Shown: in pieces, positions 37,801 through 49,454 of the stretch
How the letters are laid out: each line of letters starts with the position of its first letter
How positions within the stretch are numbered: the first letter of the stretch is position 1
Assembly (NCBI RefSeq): GCF_009834535.1
Contig: NC_045697.1
Coordinates: forward strand, 31,436,001 to 31,500,000
DNA length: 64,000 nucleotides
Direction of reading: 5' to 3'
Origin: Camelus ferus
Lineage: Eukaryota
The notes under the pieces: model-generated
The model's database searches: none
Told to the model about the DNA's origin: nothing
Seen by the model: the letters and a program-made list of their open reading frames with translations, nothing else
Position numbers and translations under genes: made by a program

Positions 37801-38564
37801 GTAAGCAAAATGTATTTATACTTTATCTGAATTGAGCATTGTCCTCTGATAAACATGCACGCCATATTTGAAAAAAGGATGATAAATTATGTATAAACAC
37901 TAAGTGAGCTTTTTTTTCCTCCAAGATTCAAATATATTCTCTACATCCTATTTAATTTTCTAAGTCTGTTATGTGACTTGGCTAAGAAATAATTTCCCAG
38001 GGTTGTCTATATTTTATTCCTATAGTATTGTTTGATTCAGAAGTCTACTTTCTTAAGTTAGATAGTCAATATACACTCCAACTCGTGCAAATGATGAGTA
38101 GATTTTTTTGACAAGCTTGTAGTTTTAAAAATGAATCCAGGCATTGACTGGTGTGTTTTAATTGCTGTAATTTGAATAATTAATTCTATGTTTAGAAAAT
38201 GAGTTCAAGGTGGTATGTGATTAACCATGTTTAATGAAGTCATTACCTGATTAAAAAGCATTTCAAGCCCGTGACTGATTATACACAAATGCTAATCAAT
38301 TTGATTTAAATTGTCCCTATATATTTGAATTTGTTACAGTTTTGCTTTGTACCTACTATGATGAAAACTACATTGATGTTCTATTAAGAGTTATTGCTTA
38401 TACTTTTGGATTTACCTTTTCTGGAAGTACTGTATAGGAAATAGTGCTTCAACTCCACTAGAAACATCTGCAGAGAATGTTCTTGGCTTAGGAAATGATT
38501 TCGTTTTGGAAAGTAGAGCTTTATAAGACGGACTAGATAGCTCTTAATTGTATAGCTCTTAATT

Positions 38565-38650
38565 GTATATGTATGACTGAAACATGTTGCTGTACACCAG
38601 AATTTGACACAACATTGTAAACTGACTACACTTCAATTAAAAAAAAGAAG
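38565..38650 (+). mobile_element. L1 3' tip with first A-tail
   Basis: 'gtatgactgaaacatgttgctgtacaccagaatttgacacaacattgtaaactgactacacttcaattaaaaaaaagaag'. Confidence 0.9.
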
Positions 38651-38689
38651 AACACACACAAAAGATGTTACCTGTGAACTTTACACTGT

Positions 38690-38899
38690 ATTGTGCTGAT
38701 GTAAGTTCCTTCTACACCTATTTTGTTGAAAGTTTTAATCATGAATTGATGCTGAAATTGATCAAATGCTTTTTCTGTGTCTACTGAGATGATCATGTCA
38801 ATTTTTCTTTCATGTTGTTAACGTACTGTACTAAATTGGTTGTTTTGTGTAGGTTGAACTATCCTTGCATCTCGGGAATAAATTTCACTTGATCATAGT
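38690..38899 (-). mobile_element. Older L1 ORF2 (reverse-transcriptase region) fragment, antisense
   Basis: 'atcaaatgctttttctgtgtctactgagatgatcatg', 'gttgaactatccttgcatctcgggaataaatttcacttgatcat'. Confidence 0.85.
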
Positions 38900-41539
38900 A
38901 AAGAAAGAAAGAAACAAAGAAACAAAAAAGAAGACAGCTCTTTAGTAATAAATCAGATAGCTGAATTTCTGAAGGGCTATCTTATATATCAACTCTAGCT
39001 CAAATCTTCACAGATATAACATATCAAACTTCCCATGTGGCCTTGAGAAAGTAAATGACTTTAGAGAAAAGCAGCTTGAAGTATTTTTAATAATAGAATT
39101 CAAGAGTGAGAAGAGATTTTTTCCCTAAGGATGGGCACCAGCTTTTTTTCTTCTACACTGAACACAGAACAAGAGAAAAATATAATTAAACTAAGAAATG
39201 AGGTATTTTGGGTCTTAGGGTTGCTTCAAAAGTATAAACAAACTCTGCTTATGCTAAAATGCATTACTGAGATTAAACTGTGATGCTTTTTCATAGAGAA
39301 TTTTAAAGGTTGCCTCATTTCTTATGTGGTTTAGTTATATTACATGACTTCTTGCTTGAAGTAGTCGATAACTTTTCCAGATTGCTTCTTCAGCAAGCAA
39401 CCTTTTAGTACTATGGAACAAAAGTTTCATATTTTTAGTGCAAAAGTGGGCTTCAGAGTAGAACAGGTCATTGCTTATTCTGTGAACTCATCTCTGTTGA
39501 CTATGATCCTTGACATCTGTGATAAATAAATATCTACATTCACACAAATGCATACATGCATGAAATCAGTTATCTTCCACTATATTTTAAAAAATGTTCC
39601 ATTCTGCAAATATTCACATGAGTGAGGACAGATAACAGTATTTGATAGTTTAATTATAGTAAGTGTATTCCCCTGGATAATTTTACAATATACGTGAAAA
39701 AAGAAAATATAAATATTGTAACCCAAATTTTGCTCTTTTAAATACTAAAATCAAAATCTCCTCAGTTGTAACTACCAGATGCAAGCACAGAATCCCTGCG
39801 TCATGTTCATTGCATCTCTAATGTGTTTTTTGCTTCTATTTTCTGCGTTCTAAGAGCAAGTTTGTAAAATTAGCTACTAACAGTATGTTCTGCATACACT
39901 TGAAGAAAGGGAAAGGAAAACGAAATAAGCTAAGTAAAGATTTAAAAAAAAAACCACATTCATATTTAGATAGCACAACAAGGAAGGAAATGTGGGTATA
40001 AGACTTGTTTCTACGGTTGAGTATGTGACTGTAGACGGTGTTTTTTACTTTCCTCTTCTAATCACAATTTTTATGCTACTCTGCCCTCAACAGATAGGAA
40101 GTTTAGCTTAAAGGTGAGATTAAAACTTCATTCCCAAGAGATCTGAGCCTTTGGTAAACCTTTTTGTATACTGCTGTAGTGGTCTTTTATTAAGTTATAA
40201 CACTAATTAGAATCTTCTTTTTAACATGCATATTCCTTTCTTTCCCCTTCATTTTCACCCCATCATATATTTTCCAAAATGCAGGCAACAGTCTTGGCCA
40301 CCCCTGATACTGTCACCTTAAGTGAAACATATCAGCCGTACTGAGTTTGGTCCAGTCCTGTAAATGTATTCCTTAAAGCCCCCTGGTTACCTGGCCAGAC
40401 CTTAGCATCTGCCAACACATTGACGTAGAGGTTCGCCATAAGCCATTTTTCCTTCTAAGAGAAACAGAGGATGAGATACACCACTTGAAGTTCTGCCTTT
40501 TGAAAGAAATTTTTGAATTGATTATACAATCTTCCAGTGCAACCTCCCTGTAGACATTTTAAATCAGAATAAACCGTTCTATTACTTTTTTTTCCTGTCA
40601 TCCATTCTACTCAGATTTCTTTCTTCTCAGTCATAGGATCTTGGAGAACTTTTTGTGTGGCCAGAGGTGTATGTTATAGGAGAGAGCTTAGATGTCGGCA
40701 TGGCCAGAGAAGCCATGCTAAGGGTGAAAGCAATTTGTTTACTAAATGTTTGTCATCTCAGAATTAGCTCATTTCTGGTCTCATACATTTTTCTTTATTT
40801 TAATTATGAAATACTGCTGGGCATGCTCGATATTTGGGCTGGGTAGATATCATCATGTACATTGTGGGCAGCTTATTTTGCATGGTCACTTGGAGTCCCT
40901 CGTCCAGAAATCTGCTTCTATCGATGCCCAATATGTAACCAAGATCCATTTCTCAAAAGAAAATACTGGCTTAAGAAGCATTACTTTGCTACAAGAGCCA
41001 AGGATCCTCTGCTGTGATTCCTGTTGTCTCTTTTACAGCACAAGATCTCCTGCAAGTTCTTGCATCATCATTTTTGTCAGTTGAATTGTAAGGATGTAAA
41101 GGTAGAGCTGCTTTAACTGCAGTCTGAAAGATATGGAAATTCTTCTCTTTTTCCAAGACCTACTATAAACTGAAGGTAAATCAGATGCAGGTATATATTA
41201 TCTCCAGAATTTAGGAAAAAAGCCCAAAGAGTAAGTTTCTTTTTCCTCCTTTATTAGTGGTGGGTATGCAAAATGTAATGGATATTCTGACATGTTCCAG
41301 ACAACTGGGCCCCCAGAAACTAAACAGAAGTAATAAGCTCCTATATATTTGGATAACTTATCTACCTCCTTTGGCTATACAGGTGTCTCAGGATGCCTGC
41401 TACTTCCTTTTCTCTCAGTTATGTTAGGATGATGTCATTGGTTCAAAAGACTGAGTAACAATCATGGTTTCTCTGGACTAAATTGTAGCACAAACCAAGA
41501 CTTGATGTAGTCTTAGTACAAAATGATGAAGTCTAGTTC

Positions 41540-41880
41540 TTTTATAGAAGGTGAAATAAAGACTTTTTCACACAAGCCAAAGAAGAAAGAATTCACTACC
41601 AGCAGCTGAACTACAAGAAATAATAAAGTTCATCAAACAGAAGAAATATATCTGAGAGAAACTTGTGCAGGCACACAAAACAAAGAAAACAAATTCTAGA
41701 AATGATTAAGGCAAAGGAAGATGTAGAAGATTTTTAAAAATTACTTTTAATCTATTTGAAATATAATTGACCATCTAAAGCAAAAAGACTAGCAAGTTAC
41801 TGTGAGTTTATATAATATATAATAATAAAACACATGACAGCAATAGCACAGGAAATAGGAGGAAGCAATAATTTTGGTAC
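41540..41880 (+). mobile_element. Old L1 ORF1 end/inter-ORF fragment
   Basis: 'gaaggtgaaataaagactttttca...gaattcactaccagcagctgaactacaagaaata'. Confidence 0.65.
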
Positions 41881-42424
41881 GTGCAGCATAATCAGAAAAT
41901 TCACTTCAATATAAAGCTACATTCTTTTCTTTTTGTTCATATGCTTTCAAAGTTCTTTTCCAGATGTAATGCATAAATTATAATCCTTTTTATTAGTTAA
42001 CAAAACTCTGAAATTGTTTTGCCCTACATATTTCTTTCTAAGTTGACTTTGTATCACTTGGGAATGGGCTGGCATCTGGTTTAAGTTATTATTATAGGAA
42101 GCAGTTCATAGTAACTCCCTTGGGTCAGAGAGCTTCAGTTTGGCCAGAGACGTGAGGACAGGTTGCTTTGGTGGCCAAAGGAGACTCAGTGGGCATTGCT
42201 GATTTTGGTACTTGGAGTCTCCAAATCCTCCTTTAAATCTCTACTCTAGTTCTCAAACATCTCTTTTCCGATAGTATACTCAATTTTACATAAAAACTTA
42301 GTAATTCTTTGAATTCAATGAACACTATATCCATAGAATGAATCCATAGAATAAAAATTTATATGAATTCTTAGTTACCTTACTCTTGAGGCTCTAACAA
42401 GCAGTGTATTTTAGCACAGTTATA

Positions 42425-42818
42425 AGGAGCCACCATGTGTTGGCTGGGGCCGTAACTAGGACTGAAGGGTCCAAGATGGTTTCACTCATGTTTCTGGAGC
42501 CTCAGCCGGAATGGTTAGTATTGCTGGGGACTGGCTGGGCCTCTCTGTCCCACTGAATCCTATCACCATTCAAAGGTCTGACTCACGCCTTTTTTCCATG
42601 GAGCTGAATCTCAAAAGACTGAAAGAGGAGGCTACTAGGCCCTCTTAAGTCCAGGTCCCATAATGCACATTATCACTTCCAGTTTATTCTATTGGTCAAA
42701 GCTAGTTACAAGACTAATCTAGATTCAAGAAAACAAGAAATGACTCTACCTCTTCAAGAGTAGCATGAGCATACAATGATGAGAGTAATTGTTGTTGTCC
42801 ATCTCTTCAATCCACCAT
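42425..42818 (-). mobile_element. MLT1 (G/H-like) LTR fragment
   Basis: 'gggtccaagatggtttcactcatgtttctgg', 'tctattggtcaaagctagttacaagac', ends 'caatccaccata'. Confidence 0.75.
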
Positions 42819-43195
42819 ATTTTGAACCAAGAATTTAGGGATTTGATCTCAATATATTTTTTATTTATCTTCTTTTAGCTTTTTAGTCTCATTACAAGGA
42901 GTCATATCACCACCCTACAGCCTTAAATTCATCATACCCTTTGTTATGTCTTAGAAAACCTATGTCTCATTAGACCCAAAACCTTTCCTTCAATGGCTAC
43001 TTGATTACAGGGGATTAGAGATGGGTAACTTATTAGCTAAATTATCACTGTATACCGTGTGGTATCCAGTTCTCATCCTGGAATACTGATGTGTTTTCAT
43101 TGTCTTCAGGCCCATCTAGGCTTTAAACTAATCATATATCTCTTCCATTTTGCTAAGGACTTGTAGTCTGTCATCCATTCCTGGAACTAATTTCA

Positions 43196-43620
43196 ATATT
43201 AGTTAAAGATCTCAGTTATAAACAATAGAAATTGGCTTTGATTTGCATGAATGGAAAGCAAACTTATTGGAAGTATGACAAGCATTTTGAAATTTAGAAG
43301 GAAGCCTGGAAACAAAGAAGCTAGGGGAACATTGGTAGCAGAGAGCATAATTAATGATTCTTTCAGGAAGCCGGTTGGTAAGGTTAATACCCATGACATA
43401 ACAACCACTGCATACTCACCATTGTAGTTGATGGATTCTGGACTCTGCTACCATTTACTATGAGAAGCATTTAGCTGTACCTGTAACTTTTCATCTCTCC
43501 TTTCAGATATAAGGACATATCTGATTATCCCCAGGTTATGATCTAAGATGCTGGTTTTTGAGGAGCAAAAAGAGGCAATGTCTCATTGTCTAGATATGTA
43601 GTGGGAGGTGTGATATTGCC
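43196..43620 (-). mobile_element. Very old MaLR LTR (MLT1M/N-like)
   Basis: 'tattagttaaagatctcagttataaacaatagaaattggctttgattt' pattern, similar to 17783. Confidence 0.4.
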
Positions 43621-43911
43621 TTGCTCTGAGAATCATGCTCTGTATATTTACCCACAAATAGGATTGGGCTTCAGTTGCTGTATAGTTTTTATTTAGACTA
43701 AATCTTAGAAGCATTTATTGCAAATTTAAATTTAAAAAAATCCAACATCAGGACATAAAGAGAAAAGACTTCAGGAGAAAGAACGTGGAATTAAAAAGTT
43801 ACATGATAAGCCAGATAAGGAAAAGTTGTCAGAGTAAGAACAGTACTTAAATAATTTGAAAAGATTTGAAGATACTTCCTATGAATTAAATTGATCAACA
43901 TTTGGATGATA

Positions 43912-44180
43912 AAAATAACAGTAGCTAATATTTATTGAATAGGTACTGTGAACAGGCACATTAGTATTTAATGTGCTTTTATTCCTCATTTTAAGTCCTC
44001 ATAACTCCCAAGTGTACACTACTATGTACATACAATTCTCGAGTATTAACCCCATTTTAGAGATAAGAAGACTGAGTCACACATAGGTTAAGTTGCTCGT
44101 TTTCACTCAGCTAAATGGGATGGAGCTGGGATTCAAATTTAGACAAGGTGTCTCCAAGTGTCCTCATACTTGACCACTTG
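43912..44180 (-). mobile_element. MIR SINE
   Basis: 'agctaatatttattgaat...ccccattttagagataagaagactgag...ggagctgggattcaaatttagac'. Confidence 0.8.
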
Positions 44181-44299
44181 TTTTTTACTGTCTCATCTGA
44201 ATAAAGGGAAGCAGAAAGTTGGGTTACATTCACTGTGAAAAATACTTTATTTTTCTGAAGGAGCCTGCAAACAACTGTTTAGACTGTTACAATTATCAC

Positions 44300-44850
44300 C
44301 ATATTCATCCCCTGAACTCTTCCTCATTCACTCTAACTGTAAAATACAAACACAAGTTTGCTTTATGTATCTGTGAGTCTGTTTCTGTTTTGTATATACA
44401 TTCATTTGTACTACTTTTTAGATTCCATATATATGTGATATTATATAGCATTTGACTCTTTCTGTGTGACTTATTTCACTAAGCATAATATTCTCTAGGT
44501 CCTTCCATGTTGCTGCAAATGGCACTAGTTCATTTTAATGGCTGTGTAATATTCCATTGCATATATTCCATTATGTTCTTAATTTAATCATTTGTTGAGG
44601 GACACCTGCTTCCATATCTTGGCTATTGTAAATATTGCTGCTATGAACACTGCATGTATCTTTTTGAATTAGTGTTTTCATTTTTTCCAGATATACCCAT
44701 AACCTTATAATAAACTATAATGAAATATAATCTGAATCATTTTACTATATACCTGATATTGTAAATCAACTATGTTTCAACAAAGAACTGATGATATGAA
44801 AAACAAAGAAACAGAGAAATACCAAAAAATAAATGAATAAATAAATAACT
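44300..44850 (+). mobile_element. L1 3' region with 5' inversion
   Basis: About 44300-44698 is antisense 3' UTR/ORF2 end; about 44699-44785 is sense distal 3' UTR ('attgtaaatcaactatgtttcaa'), then an A-rich tail. Confidence 0.8.
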
Positions 44851-45924
44851 ATACACACACATTTTACTCAAGTGTTTTTCTGTGTGTGGTTTTAAAATTT
44901 TATTTCTTCTTGATGGAATTCTGTCATTTTTTTATGAGACCCAACTACAAACTAATTTCTTATAAAAATTCAAAACATGGATCACAATGCATCTGTTTCA
45001 TTATCCTATATGACATTTCAAAGACATCAGAAAGTTATAAGTTTTTTTCTCTATTTAATTGTAAGCTGCCAGTCCACCATAAATAAACTTAGAGTTCTAA
45101 AGATAAGTTTCTTGTGAAATATCAGTGATTTATCTGTTTCCATAAATTAAAGAAGAAAGATTATTGACTAAGTGCAAGCCATAATCAAACAAATATTACA
45201 TTTGATGCATTATTATTATAAACATTTTTAATTTACAAAGACATTTTATGGTTGATTCTTGATAGGAAACTTGATATTAGAAATTGGCAGATAGTTTTTT
45301 TTTTCTTATTCTATTTGGATGTGCTTTTGGCTTTGTTCTAAAGAAATTTGTAATTTTATGACTCCTTGGACTATGTTGAAATTAAAATTCTATTAATATC
45401 TAAATTCTCTTAGAATATAAACATTTGAAAGTAATAGTGTACATTACAGTTCTTTAAATAAATACAATTTGCTTCAGAAAAAGCAGTGTAAGTAATATGG
45501 AGTTCTAAACATGGAAAATAGTCATGAGAGTCCCTTAAGATAAAATTTCAAGAGCAATGTATGAAATGTGTGCTTCAAGAACTTTAGCAGAAGTATTTTC
45601 AGTAGATTTTCTAAAATGTATTAAATTACATTTGCATATGGATACAATTTAAACATATACTTCACTAAATCTCTCTTTATCCTTAGTGAATTACAAAATA
45701 ACAGGAAATGCTAAAAGATGTTTTACTTTTCTCTAAGAAGAATTTGATTATTGAAGTGTATGTCATTGAACTGATTTGTTTGTAGCACATAATTCTAAAA
45801 ATTGTATGCATATATTTTTAGATTTATATACATGTTCAGCTGACCTAATATAACTTCAAAAGTTATCACAGAAATAGAAAAATTCAACTTACACATCATT
45901 CATCTAAAAATTATGATATTGTAG

Positions 45925-46070
45925 ACTCTTAGATTTGTAAGGGACTTTGAAATCTATTTCAGTACCTACTAGGTCATTCAGTCATTGGAAAGAACAAAGC
46001 TGATGTTTTAACTCATGGTTTGGTGAGTATTTAAAGACAAAAGTGTCTAATTCCCTTGTTTTGTTTCTAA
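45925..46070 (-). mobile_element. MIR fragment
   Basis: 'ttagatttgtaagggactttgaaatctatttcagtacc' resembles an older MIR antisense start. Confidence 0.45.
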
Positions 46071-46164
46071 GGCTAATTACTTTAATTCTCTCAACTATTA
46101 CATAGTATTTTATAATTAAATAATAGTACAGGTATAATTATTATAAGGTATCATGAAAGTCACA

Positions 46165-46460
46165 TCTTTTTCAGCTTCTGGAGGCTGCCTGCGTCCCTTG
46201 GCTAGTGGCCACTTCCTTGCATCATTCCAACTTCTCCTGTTCCCTCTGATCCTCCTGCATCCCCTTTATGCTGACCCTTGTGGTTACATTGGTTCCACCT
46301 AGATAATCCAGAATAAACTCCCATCTCAACATCTTTAACATATTCACACTTGCAAAGTCTCTTTTTACCACATTAAGGTCACATTCCCATGTTAAGAGGG
46401 TTAGAAGGTAGACATCTTTGCAAGGGGGTGGGGGAAGAGTGGCCTTACTCAGTCTACCAC
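46165..46460 (-). mobile_element. MLT1C/D-like LTR (partial)
   Basis: 'cagcttctggaggctgcctgcgtcccttggctagtggcc', 'gataatccagaataaactcccatctcaa', ends 'cagtctaccaca'. Confidence 0.85.
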
Positions 46461-46609
46461 AGCTGCCTAACATGAGCCCACACTAACCAGGAGGCTGAAG
46501 ATATGGTATTAAACCGACATTTGAATATATATTCTTGCGAGTTACGTTCTAGAGGACGAAAAGCATCAGGCAGCTGTCACAGCATAACAACCAAACTGAA
46601 AATTCTGTT

Positions 46610-47154
46610 TGGTGTAGGAAGTTTCTAAAATGGTTCCAATAGATCTCACTTCCAAATATTCATGCCCTCATGTAATCCCCTCCAACTGTAGGTGAGCTGG
46701 ACCTGGAGACTTACTTCCTAGGAAAACGAATATAGTAACAGTGATAGAATGTCATTTTCTAGATTATGTTACAAAAGACCATGGCTTTCAACTTGCTGCT
46801 CATTTTCACTCACTCGTTAGTTTCTTCAAAGGGAAGCAAGTGGACGTGCTGTGCAAGTCTCCACCAAGATGCCTGTGTGGCAAGAAACTGAGGGAGGTTT
46901 CTGGCCAAAGTCAGTGAAGAACAAAGGGCCTACATCTAATAATACAGGAAGAGCTAAGTCTTGTCAATAGTCACATGAGTGATTTATAAGGCTTCTCCCC
47001 TTGTTGTGGCCTTGTGAGGGGACCTGAGTCAGAGGCAACCAGCTAAGCGGCACCCAGATACCTAAGTCACGGAAACTCTGAGATAATTAAAGTTTGATAT
47101 TTAAAGTCAACAAGTTCTAAGGTCATTTGTTATATAGCAATAGATACTGATACA
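46610..47154 (+). mobile_element. MLT1E/F-like solo LTR
   Basis: 'tattcatgccctcatgtaatcccctcc', 'gtggcaagaaactgagggagg', ends 'tttgttatatagcaatagatactgataca'. Confidence 0.85.
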
Positions 47155-47359
47155 ATTTTTATTTAAACACGAATTTAAATATCATTGAGAAGGGCAAGTA
47201 CTCTCTAAATCATGCATAGTTTACACCTGTCCTATTGTCTGACAATAAAACATACACAATAAATACAAAGGAAATAACAATTATCCAATTCCTTTTAATG
47301 CATTTTAAAAACATTAAATTATTTTAAGAAAATAATTCACAGTAAATACAGTGAAGTGA

Positions 47360-47750
47360 AAAAATATGATATAGAAAATAACAGAAACCTGAATGAAGTA
47401 TAAATATCAGAGAAAGTCTCTCTTTGGATACCCTTTTTAAGGACCTACAGGAAATGAAAGACTGATGCCAGCAAAGAGCAGAAAGAGCATTCCAGAAAGA
47501 ATAAATGATTGTGATAAAGGTCTAGAAGTGGGAATGAGCATGGTCTTCAGATACAAAAACAAAGCCAAAACAAAACTAAAATGCTTTCCATTTGGTTCTA
47601 GACATCAGTGAATAATAATGGATAAGTCATAGAAGATTAAAGTGAAAAAGGAGCATGAATCCAGATACATAGCTTGAACATCACAATAGAAAATGAATTT
47701 TAAATTCACTACAATGGGATTATTCAAACAGAATAATCAAAGATGAAATT
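47360..47750 (-). mobile_element. L2 fragment
   Basis: 'gaaagagcattccagaaagaataaa...aaaggtctagaagtgggaatgagcatgg'. Confidence 0.6.
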
Positions 47751-47754
47751 TGTT

Positions 47755-48226
47755 GGAATGGATGGCCAATCTCATGTATGAACTTTATTGAGTCACTGGG
47801 TGCCCAGATATTTGGGTTCAATACTATTCTGGGTGTGCCGGTGAGGGTGTTCCTGGATTAACACTTGAATCAGTAGGCTGAGTAAAGCCCATTGCCCTCC
47901 CCAGTGTGGATGGACCTCATCCAGTTTCCTGACAGCATGAATAGGACCATCAGGCTGAGGAAGGAAGAATTTGCTTTCTCTGTCTTTGAGCTGCAACACT
48001 GGTCTTCTCCTGCTTCAGACTTGGACTTGGATTGGAACTTACACCACCAGCTCTCCTGGTTTGCAGGCCTTCAGTCTTAGACCAGAACCACACCATCGGC
48101 TCTGAGTCTCCAGTTTGCTCACTGCTGATCTTGAGACTTCTCAGTCTCCACAATCCTGGGAGCCAATTCCTTATAATCTCTTTATATACATCCTATTTAT
48201 TCTATTGCTCTAGAGAACCTAACACA
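47755..48226 (+). mobile_element. MLT2 (ERVL) solo LTR, MLT2D-like
   Basis: 'gggtgcccagatatttgg...ggctgagtaaagcccattgccctccccagtgtggatggacctcatccag', ends 'ctctagagaacctaaca'. Confidence 0.88.
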
Positions 48227-48494
48227 GTGAATGTTGTCCCATCTATTTAAAGATTGTGTAGAAAAGAATATGCTCTAAACCAGTGGGTATGTTAAGAATC
48301 CAGTTTTGACCATAATACATTTGATTTGTAGCATCCAATTGCAGATGTCAAGGATGAATCTTGTTAACAAAGATCAAATGCTTTTATTCATTAATTATCT
48401 AACAAATATTCATCTTGTGGCACAGATGCGACAGCTCACAGAGGTCTGAGAAGTGGAGATTAGAAAGCTGACAGCATATAGGTGGTGTATCAAT

Positions 48495-49015
48495 TAGATA
48501 CGCCATCTGGGTAACAAAATTCTGACAAACAGTGACTTAAAAAGTGGGAGTTATTTTTTCTCATATAGCAGTAATTCTGAAGGTAAAGGCTTGCTAAGGT
48601 CAAAGTAATGGTAAAAGTATTGGTTCAAAGACTCAAGAATCTTGGGAATTTGTGCACGTGCGAGTGTCTGTGTGTACGTGTGTGTTTAATCTTCCCCCCA
48701 TAGTTACAAGTTCACTATAGCAACTCTAACCATCAAGTCATGTTCAAACATGAGGAAGCTGGAAGCAGCATAAATTGAAGTCCCTTTTAGCACATACCAC
48801 CCTCTCATGGGATAAAAAATCATTCCTAAAGGCCCTTTCAGAAAAGTTCCTCTTTTCTTCTCACTGACGAAAAATCAAACATAACTTCCCTTCTAGACCA
48901 AGTGCTGGATCTACTTTCTCATAAATGTAGTGATTTTGATTGGATTCGTGAGAAGAAACACAAAGATGATTTGTAAAAAAAAAGAGAGAAATGGCTTCAA
49001 AGTAGGCATCTAAGA
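48495..49015 (-). mobile_element. Old MLT1 (J/K-like) LTR
   Basis: 'aacagtgacttaaaaagtgggagttattttttctcatat' pattern. Confidence 0.55.
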
Positions 49016-49099
49016 GAATTCCAAATTTATACAGAAACGAATTCAAGGCCAGGAAAATGAATTCGTTTGATTTTAACCAAATTATGGCAAACATTTTCA

Positions 49100-49450
49100 C
49101 ATGAAGAACAACTGGTCTATGAATGAACATATGATCCAATTCTAGACAATAAAACATGAGAAGTACTTCTGAAAGCTTCTATCAATGTTATCTTTCCTAT
49201 TACATGGAGACATGAGGGGAAACATTTTTCTCCAGGCTTCCCACTTGCTTTCAGCTCAGGATGTCACTGTGTAAGAATAGAATATTTCAAGAGGTGGCAG
49301 CCACTTTGCAACCATGAGATAAAGACAAAAACAATGTCAGTTACAACACAGCTTCCTAACTTGATTAATTCACTCAGTTAAGCTTCTATTATGTAAACCA
49401 ATACAACTTGGGGGCTTTGTTATTTGTAGCTGAAAGAATCATACATAATA
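49100..49450 (+). mobile_element. Old MLT1 LTR fragment
   Basis: 'ggcagccactttgcaaccatgag', ends 'ctttgttatttgtagctgaaagaatcatacataata'. Confidence 0.55.
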
Positions 49451-49454
49451 AAGA

